From Actinomycetota bacterium (GTDB lineage: Bacteria > Actinomycetota > Actinomycetes > Mycobacteriales > JACQDL01), in contig JBKOWA010000243.1 in NCBI GenBank assembly GCA_046724155.1, positions 1-30,891 of the forward strand: DNA of 30,891 nucleotides, read 5' to 3'. Below are positions 24,991 to 30,891 of the stretch, piece by piece. The position numbers were made by a program, and so were the translations under genes. How positions within the stretch are numbered: position 1 is the first letter of the stretch; the number at the start of each line of letters is the position of its first letter. The notes beneath the pieces were generated by a model. It ran no database searches and was not told the DNA's origin. It saw only the letters and a program-made list of their open reading frames with translations.

Positions 24991-26282
24991 GACGCTGCCG
25001 CCGCAAGGGTGGCCACCATGTCGGTGTTGGCCCACACCTTCTCGAAGGCGTCGGCGTAGAGGCGGAGCAGGTCGCCCGACCCTGGATGGAGGTGACGTTT
25101 CTGGAGGGTCAGCGAGTCGGCGATGACCGCGCGGGCCACCGGGTAGCCCGCACCCGCCACCGGTCCGGGTGCGCCGGTCACGGACCAGGGGTAGCCCGCG
25201 CCGAAGCCGATCCGGTCGACGAACACCTTCTGGTCGGGCAGCGGCATGAGCTGGTACTGCGACATCGGCACGCCCTCGGCGCGCAGCAGCCGCCGCAGGG
25301 CTGAGCGCAGGGCCTCCGGCCGCACCGCGTCCAGACCGAACGCGGCCGGGTCGAACCGGAACCGCAGGATGTGCCAGGCGTGGGTGGTGTGCGGGCGCGC
25401 GGCCGGCACGCGCAGGCCGGGCAGCGCCGCGAGCCGCGCGAGGAAGTCGCCGACGTTGCGTTGCCGCGCGCGTTCGTAGTCGTCGAACCGGGTGAGCTGC
25501 GCGTCGGCGAACGCGGCCTGGATGGCGTTCATCTTGTGGTTCCAGCCGAGGCCGTAGGACACGTAGTCGCGCTCGCGGCCGCTCTCGATCACCTCGCCGA
25601 ACTGCCTGCCCCTGCGCACCGACCCGGCCAGCTCGGCGTCGCGGGTCACGAGCAGGCCGCCTTCACCGCAGGTGGGGATGTTCTTGGTGACCTGGAGGCT
25701 GAACGCACCCGCGTCGCCGATCCCACCGACCGGCCGCCCGCGGTGGGTCGCGCCCGGGGCCTGCGCGGCGTCCTCGACCACGGCGAGGCCGTGCCTGCCC
25801 GCGATGTCGGTGAGCCGGTCCATGTCGGCGGGTGCGCCGTGCAGGTGCACCGGGATGATCGCCGCGGTCCTGGCGGTGATCCGGCGCTCCACGTCGTCCG
25901 GGTCGAGGTCGAAGGTGACCGGGTCGACGTCGGCGAACACGGGAACGGCCATCTGGTGCAGGGGCGCGAGCCCGGTGGCGATGAAGCTGAGCGCGGGCAC
26001 GATCACCTCGTCTCCCGGCCCGACACCGAGCGCGGCCAACGCGAGGGACAGTGCGGCGGTGCCGGTGGACACCGCGACGCAGTGGTCGAAGCCGAACCGT
26101 TGCGCCCAGTGCTCCTCGAGGGCGGAAACCGGGTTCGCACCGTCCGAGTTGGACACAAGTCTGGCGCTGTCGAGTGCGTCGATGACGGCCTTGCGGTCTT
26201 CGTCCTCGACCAGCGGCCAGTCCACGCGGCGCCGGTCCTTCGGCACGGCTGCGGTGCCGCCGAACGCTGCCAGCCTGCTCAT
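24987..26282 (-). CDS. DegT/DnrJ/EryC1/StrS-family PLP aminotransferase
   Basis: [49 protein letters not shown] (Schiff-base Lys), GEGG. Confidence 0.92.
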   Translation of the reverse strand: MSRLAAFGGTAAVPKDRRRVDWPLVEDEDRKAVIDALDSARLVSNSDGANPVSALEEHWAQRFGFDHCVAVSTGTAALSLALAALGVGPGDEVIVPALSFIATGLAPLHQMAVPVFADVDPVTFDLDPDDVERRITARTAAIIPVHLHGAPADMDRLTDIAGRHGLAVVEDAAQAPGATHRGRPVGGIGDAGAFSLQVTKNIPTCGEGGLLVTRDAELAGSVRRGRQFGEVIESGRERDYVSYGLGWNHKMNAIQAAFADAQLTRFDDYERARQRNVGDFLARLAALPGLRVPAARPHTTHAWHILRFRFDPAAFGLDAVRPEALRSALRRLLRAEGVPMSQYQLMPLPDQKVFVDRIGFGAGYPWSVTGAPGPVAGAGYPVARAVIADSLTLQKRHLHPGSGDLLRLYADAFEKVWANTDMVATLAAAAS

Positions 26283-26321
26283 CGCTGTCCTCTCGACATG
26301 GTCACGGTGGCCGAACCACCG

Positions 26322-27374
26322 TCACAGTCGCGCCGCTGCCGCGTCCACGGCGTCGACCGCACCCGCGTACCTGCCGCGCAGCACGGTGGCGTGGTGCGCG
26401 ATGTCGGCTGAGACCGCACGGGGATCGCCGAGACCGTGCGCGCCGGTGATCCGCAGCCCGGTCCACGCGTGCGCGACAGACTCGACCGCCCGTCCGGCCC
26501 CGGCAAGCGCCGGATCGCCCCATTCCCGGCCGCAGCGGCGCAGAAGCTCACCGTGCAGTGCGGCCTGCGCCTGCATGCCCCAGCCGAACGAGTACAGCTC
26601 GCGTAGCGCGGTGGCGTCCCCGGCACGGCACCGGTCGAGGAGCTCCCCGGCGAACTCGTCGAATCCGGCGAGACCGGTGCGGGCCGAGGTGGCCGTGGTG
26701 AAGGCGGCGACGTCGGTGCGCAGGAAACCGCCGAGCAGTTCGGGGGTCAGCGGCGGGGGCGGGGCGTCGAGCCGGACGTCGAGACCGCGCCTGCCGATCT
26801 GCGAGTCACTGAAGAACGCGTCCTGGACGTCGGTGGGGTTGGTCGAACCCCAGCTGCGCAGGAACGCCTCGATCGGGACGGCACCGCGGAACGCGGGCGG
26901 CATCGCGTCCGAGACGTACACCAGCCCGCGGACCTCGTCCAGGCCGTAGACCACCACGAGGTGCGCGGCGTGCACGTCGCCGTACGCGGGCCGGAACGGC
27001 AGGTAGAAGTTGTCCACCGCGGCGATGACCAGCCGGTCGTCGGCCAACGTCCCGCGCACCTCCCGCCAGGGGTCGTCCTCATCGGCGGGCTGCCACCAGC
27101 GCGAGTGCAGTTCGTGGTGCGGTGCCAGGGCGGCACCGAGGTCAGCGCCGCCGGACTCCTCGGCAGGGCACGGGTAGTAGAACTCCTCGGACCTGACATC
27201 GCCGGGCAGGTGCAGGAACCGCCAGCCCGCTCCGAGCACGGTCAGCGGGTCGGCGCCGGCCCGTGCCAGCAGCGAGCCGAACGTGGCCTGAAGGCAGCTG
27301 ATCAGGTCGCGGTACCACCACTCTGGCTCCGGCCCGGTGACCAGGTACGTCCGTGCCGTCACGTCACTGGTCAT
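26322..27374 (-). CDS. BtrH-like (papain-fold) protein, probable AziU3/Vzb11-type aziridine-forming subunit
   Basis: SCLQ near the N-terminus, VDNFYLPFRPAYGDVHAAHLVVVYGLD, VYVSD. Overlaps the upstream gene stop by 11 nt. The AziU3 assignment rests on fold family and context. Confidence 0.72.
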   Translation of the reverse strand: MTSDVTARTYLVTGPEPEWWYRDLISCLQATFGSLLARAGADPLTVLGAGWRFLHLPGDVRSEEFYYPCPAEESGGADLGAALAPHHELHSRWWQPADEDDPWREVRGTLADDRLVIAAVDNFYLPFRPAYGDVHAAHLVVVYGLDEVRGLVYVSDAMPPAFRGAVPIEAFLRSWGSTNPTDVQDAFFSDSQIGRRGLDVRLDAPPPPLTPELLGGFLRTDVAAFTTATSARTGLAGFDEFAGELLDRCRAGDATALRELYSFGWGMQAQAALHGELLRRCGREWGDPALAGAGRAVESVAHAWTGLRITGAHGLGDPRAVSADIAHHATVLRGRYAGAVDAVDAAAARL

Positions 27375-27972
27375 GCTCGACCTCCGCCCGCTGCAGGGTG
27401 ACCGCGAAGACATGCATCGCGATGTTGCGGGGCAGCCGGACGCCGGCCAGGCCGGCACGCCGGGTGACCGGCACCCGCTGCGCCCACATGACCGCGGACA
27501 CGCCCCGCTGCACGTGGTGCGGATAGTGCATGACCGGGGTCTCAAACGCCTTGAGTTCGCCGAACCATGCCGGCGCCGCCCAGAAGTCGGAGACCCGCAG
27601 CGGTTCCGCGTCGACCGAGCCGTCGTCGAAGTTCAGCTCGACGGTGTCCTCGCTACGCCGTTCCGCCGCCGCCAGCACGTGCACCCAGTCGTAACGACCC
27701 GCCGGCACGGTGAGGAACTGTCCGGCGCAGCGGACGTTGTCCGGCCCGTCGCTGACCGGAGGGAACAGGAAGGGAACGCCGGCCACGTGGACGAGGCTTT
27801 CGCCCGCGGGCAGGTACTCGGCGGCAAACGAGTTCCTCCACACGTTGAACTCTCCCGCTTTGGTCTCCGTCGCCGCGGTGATGGCCGTGTTGTTGCGATG
27901 GCCGGAGATGTCGACCGGGTCGTACAGTCGGGTCATGGCGGAGGGCACCAGGATGTTCGTCAAGTGATCCAC
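27364..27972 (-). CDS. Beta-sandwich-like hypothetical protein, probable AziU2/Vzb10-type partner
   Basis: Clean 202-aa ORF with high-GC codon usage (GEFNVWRNSF, DNVRCAGQ, AAAERRSED, MHYPHHVQ), coupled to the BtrH-like gene. Alternative start ATG 27936. Function from context only. Confidence 0.6.
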   Translation of the reverse strand: MDHLTNILVPSAMTRLYDPVDISGHRNNTAITAATETKAGEFNVWRNSFAAEYLPAGESLVHVAGVPFLFPPVSDGPDNVRCAGQFLTVPAGRYDWVHVLAAAERRSEDTVELNFDDGSVDAEPLRVSDFWAAPAWFGELKAFETPVMHYPHHVQRGVSAVMWAQRVPVTRRAGLAGVRLPRNIAMHVFAVTLQRAEVEHDQ

Positions 27973-28200
27973 TCCAGAGGTTGGTGGAGGATGTCGGTCG
28001 CTCTGAACTAATTCGATGGAACGCCGCCCCGACAGCCGCTGTCAAGGAAATCCGGCCATCAGTTTATCGTTAATTCTTAAGGCGCGACCTTATTTTTTCA
28101 GGTGCCACCTTAACGAATGTGACGGCGCCGTTGAATTTACGGCGGAGCCGGCTGTGTGGAGTCTAGAAAACGCCGTGACCGGTCATCCCTGAAGGCGGGA
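27973..28200. promoter_or_regulatory. AT-rich divergent promoter region for the right-arm operon
   Basis: AT-rich runs (AGTTTATCGTTAATTCTTAA, TTATTTTTT). Palindromes GACAGC-C-GCTGTC (28031-28043) and TAAGG-cgcga-CCTTA (28078-28092). Confidence 0.5.
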
Positions 28201-28450
28201 CTGGTCCGGGAATGGTGCGGTCTGACGGCCGCGCCCCGGTCCGCGGCTGCGCCGCCACCGCCGGTGCCCGCCGTAGGTGGCCGCCAGCACCACCGCCGGG
28301 CGCGCACCGGCCCGCACACCAGCTCGACCAGCCGGGATGGCCGGCTACGAAAACGCTTGAGGACTACCTGAGGCCCCGCCCCGAAATACCGGCGTCGGCA
28401 CGGCTGTTATGCGTTCGGCAGAGTCAACCGAGGCGGTAGGAGGGATGCGC

Positions 28451-28744
28451 ATGCGCATCATCAGGTGGAGGCTGCGGATGGCAGCTGCCCAGCGTGAGGT
28501 GTGGACGGCTACCCAGCTACGTAAGCTGCTGATCGACCGGGCCGGCCTGGAGATGTCCATCGCCTCGGTCTCCGCCCTCTTCAGCAAGGAGCCCAGTCAG
28601 GTCAAGCTGTCCACCTTGCGCGCCCTGTGCACCGCCCTGCAGTGCACCCCGAACGACCTGTTTGACTTCGACACCGGCGCCCACCCCGGAGCCGGCAGCG
28701 CGTTCGGCTACAGAGCCGGCTCGATGGAAAAAGTCGCAGCGTAG
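28451..28744 (+). CDS. Cro/C1-type (XRE) HTH protein of the kind found in actinobacterial integrase modules
   Basis: WRLRMAAAQREVWTATQLRKLL...SVSAL...VKLSTLRALCTALQCTPNDLF. GGAGGG RBS; ATG at 28445 or 28451. Confidence 0.8.
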   Translation: MRIIRWRLRMAAAQREVWTATQLRKLLIDRAGLEMSIASVSALFSKEPSQVKLSTLRALCTALQCTPNDLFDFDTGAHPGAGSAFGYRAGSMEKVAA

Positions 28745-28896
28745 CCGGAATACCCGACCCGGTGGCGGACCCCAGGTGCCGAATGTCACCTGCTGGACGG
28801 CCGGGAACGGCGACCGACTTTGCGGCTGCGCGCGGACAGAGTGCAACCCGGTGAACGTCCCCCGCACCCGCGCGGCATTACCGGAAACGCCTGTAA

Positions 28897-28923
28897 CCAC
28901 CCCCGCACCGGGGACGGGGGTGG
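28897..28923. terminator. Stem-loop between convergent xre and vapC genes
   Basis: CCACCCCCG-N9-CGGGGGTGG, a perfect 9-bp stem. Confidence 0.55.
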
Positions 28924-28983
28924 CGGACGGCGGGACACAAGCTCAGGCCCCGGCAGGCTCATACCGCCCGGGCTGTGATCCGG

Positions 28984-29388
28984 TCACGGTGTCTTGCCGG
29001 GGACGATGTGTCGGACGGTCGGCACGCGGCTGACCGCGCGGTCGAACGATACCACCGCGCCGATGCCGGATACCTCGGCGCTGGCGACGAGATACGCCTC
29101 GGCGAAGTCCAGCCGGTCGACCTCGTACACCTCCAGTGCACGCAGGAGCAGCGGCTCGTCCACCACCGTGACCGGTGGGAAGGCGAGCACTGCCCGGACC
29201 AGCTCGGCGACCCGGCCGCGGGGCACCTCGTAGAAGGACTCCAGCACGTATACCGTCTCGGCGACGATCAGGTCCGCGAGGAGCAGTTCGTCGGCCGCGG
29301 CGAGGAACGCCGTGGCCTGCCGGGCCTGTTTCGGCGGGTCGCCGGTGAGATGCCTGATCAGGATGTTGGTATCGACGAATGCGCTCAC
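28984..29388 (-). CDS. vapC: PIN-domain VapC toxin
   Basis: AFVDTNILIR, IVAETVYVL, LDFAEAYLVA, VVSFDR. GTGA overlap with the antitoxin stop. Confidence 0.9.
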   Translation of the reverse strand: MSAFVDTNILIRHLTGDPPKQARQATAFLAAADELLLADLIVAETVYVLESFYEVPRGRVAELVRAVLAFPPVTVVDEPLLLRALEVYEVDRLDFAEAYLVASAEVSGIGAVVSFDRAVSRVPTVRHIVPGKTP

Positions 29389-29669
29389 CCGGCTCGTCGG
29401 CCGCCCGGCCGCGGCGAGGGGTTGGCAACGCGCTCGCCGCGGGCAGCCCTGGCCGCCCGGCGCACTTCATCCCATCGCGCTCCCCGCTTCGCGGCCGGCA
29501 CGCTGACTGCTCCGGCGAGGTCCAACAGGTCACGCGTCCGGGCCAGCGTCGCCCGGCCGCCCTCAACCCGGAACAGCACGTGGTCGCCCGCGACGATGCC
29601 GAGGGCCTCCCGGACCTGCTTCGGGATGGTCACCTGCCCCTTGCCGGTCACGGTGGCCGATACTTCCAT
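29385..29669 (-). CDS. vapB: AbrB/MazE/SpoVT-family antitoxin (VapB)
   Basis: ATVTGKGQVTIPKQVREALGIVAGDHVLF. GGAG RBS before ATG 29669. Confidence 0.9.
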   Translation of the reverse strand: MEVSATVTGKGQVTIPKQVREALGIVAGDHVLFRVEGGRATLARTRDLLDLAGAVSVPAAKRGARWDEVRRAARAARGERVANPSPRPGGRRAG

Positions 29670-29678
29670 GGCGTAGCT

Positions 29679-29702
29679 CCTTACATCGAAGACGAAGTAA
29701 GG
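29679..29702. promoter_or_regulatory. Putative VapB operator
   Basis: CCTTAC-a-TCG-aaga-CGA-a-GTAAGG inverted repeat about 10 nt upstream of the vapB start. Confidence 0.65.
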
Positions 29703-29722
29703 ATACCCGATGCGGCGGGAGC

Positions 29723-29892
29723 CCGCCCCGACGCCCGGTTCCTGCCCAGCCCGACCTGCCGACCCAACCCCGCATAGGAGAGCCTTGGCGCGACGCGCCG
29801 GCTGCTCGGTGCCCAGCTCTATAGCATCTGTGCTATGTCGTGGAGTGCCGTGGAACTGGAGCCGGAGGTGCGGAGGAGGTCTGAGCATGGCC
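29723..29892 (+). pseudogene. Internally deleted remnant of a Gp49/XRE TA operon paralogous to 931-1429
   Basis: Promoter + MSWSAVELEPEVR (29835-29873) joined directly to AGGAGGTCTGAGCATGGCC (identical to 1411-1429), then TAG and unrelated sequence. Confidence 0.88.
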
Positions 29893-30099
29893 TAGCGACT
29901 AACGCACTACAACGCTCGGCTGCCAGCATGCCCAGCACTCAGAGTAGGAGATGAAGATCAACATAGTGCTGGCAATGGGGGCCACTACTTCCTACTAACT
30001 GATGATCCCGGGGGTAGTGGACAAAATGTGGATATTCTCGGTCGGATCCCACTGGATCCCGGCGCACCTTTGCGACGTATGGGAGGTTCGCTGCAGCTG

Positions 30100-30480
30100 C
30101 TACAACGCGTGCAGCCGCAGGGGAACCCCGAGCGTCTTAGCCAACGCCGTGAGGTCGTGCGGATCGCTGGTGACGACCAGGTCTCCGCGGCGGGCCGCCG
30201 CGATCACCACCGCTGCGTCGACCAGATCCGATGTACCCGATGCCGTCAGCAGCCGACTGACCGCCCTGGCCATCTCCCTGCCGAACACCTCGACCTCGCA
30301 CCCAGCCAGCAGCTGCCCAAGCCGCGCCTGACGAGCGCCATCACGCCATACCTGAGCCAGCACCACCGCCGGCACGGTGATCTGGTCACGGCGCAGCAGA
30401 GCCGCTTTGTGGATCGTCCACAGCCGACGATCATTACGCTCTGCCGCAACCAAACCGCCAGCGTCGTAGGTGAGCCCCAC
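30100..30480 (-). CDS. vapC: PIN-domain VapC-like toxin
   Basis: LTYDAGGL, VPAVVLAQVWR, DLVDAAVV, VVTSDPHDL. Directly downstream of an RHH gene. Confidence 0.82.
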   Translation of the reverse strand: MGLTYDAGGLVAAERNDRRLWTIHKAALLRRDQITVPAVVLAQVWRDGARQARLGQLLAGCEVEVFGREMARAVSRLLTASGTSDLVDAAVVIAAARRGDLVVTSDPHDLTALAKTLGVPLRLHAL

Positions 30481-30493
30481 CGGCTAGCTCGGG

Positions 30494-30742
30494 CTAGCTC
30501 GTCTGCTGCGCCGACACCGGGTGGCCCAGCACGCTGTCGGCCCAGGCAAGTTCTTCCGCGGTTACCGGACCATTCTCCTCTTCCCACTCCGCCACTGCCC
30601 GCAAGCCCGCCGCGACTCTGGCCTCGTGCAGCGCCGCACGCGACAGCCAAGCCGACAGGCTCACCCCTTCGGCCTCAGCCTGCTCGACCGCCGCGTCGTA
30701 CGCCGCGTCGTCGAGACTCACACTGATCTTCCGCACGCCCAT
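30494..30742 (-). CDS. Ribbon-helix-helix (CopG-like) antitoxin
   Basis: RKISVSLDDAAYDAAVEQAEAEGVSLSAWLSRAA followed by an acidic tail (EWEEENGPVTAEELAWA). Confidence 0.82.
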   Translation of the reverse strand: MGVRKISVSLDDAAYDAAVEQAEAEGVSLSAWLSRAALHEARVAAGLRAVAEWEEENGPVTAEELAWADSVLGHPVSAQQTS

Positions 30743-30751
30743 CTTCGTAGA

Positions 30752-30770
30752 GTAGCACCTTTGGTGCTAC
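30752..30770. promoter_or_regulatory. Putative RHH operator
   Basis: Perfect inverted repeat GTAGCACC-TTT-GGTGCTAC about 10 nt upstream of the antitoxin ATG. Confidence 0.7.
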
Positions 30771-30891
30771 CAAACCCTCCCTGTCGGCACCGGATGGATC
30801 GAGCCGCGGGTGCCGCCGTAGTGCCGCCAGCGGTCGTCGCCGTTCCCCCGGTTTCGACAGCTCCGAGAACCGCCGGAGCAGCTCCTCGTAC

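Noticed and set aside
12372-28003. 11-mer GAGCGACCGAC shared by the amidinotransferase leader (12372-12382) and the aziU2-like leader (27993-28003, - strand)
   Set aside because: Only two GC-rich copies at different distances from the start codons. A chance match is plausible.
30780-30891. Coding-like stretch on the - strand at the window end (YEELLRRFSELSKPG...)
   Set aside because: Truncated by the window and has no recognisable motif.
1-30891. tRNA, rRNA, intact transposase or integrase genes
   Set aside because: None recognisable. Mobility is inferred only from repeats and TA content.

Overview
High-GC actinobacterial DNA carrying one apparently complete ~26 kb secondary-metabolite cluster (1790-27972) flanked by accessory genes. 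The cluster encodes an amino-group-carrier-protein (AmCP/LysW) pathway: lysW, lysX, lysZ, lysY, lysK, a split transketolase and a DegT-type aminotransferase, the set known to make the heptanoate amino acid DADH. It also has a sulfotransferase and an AziU3/AziU2-like pair (aziridine formation), one C-A-T NRPS module, a stand-alone thioesterase and two acyl-CoA dehydrogenases. The middle holds an amidinotransferase, ureohydrolase, SDR, ornithine aminotransferase, MFS exporter and two ATP-grasp ligases. This points to an azabicyclo[3.1.0]hexane/aziridine peptide related to ficellomycin, vazabitide and azinomycin. The NRPS condensation domain has no upstream donor module in the window, and the ATP-grasp ligases may take that role. 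The sequence records its own assembly. The sdr/rocD spacer is a mosaic of inverted copies of the left-end promoter region and of an internal piece of the right-end aziU2-like gene. The cluster lies between a frameshifted Gp49/XRE toxin-antitoxin operon and a deleted direct-repeat remnant of the same operon. An AadA-family nucleotidyltransferase is on the left; an XRE gene and two vapBC modules are on the right. All calls were made by eye from motifs and no database search was run.
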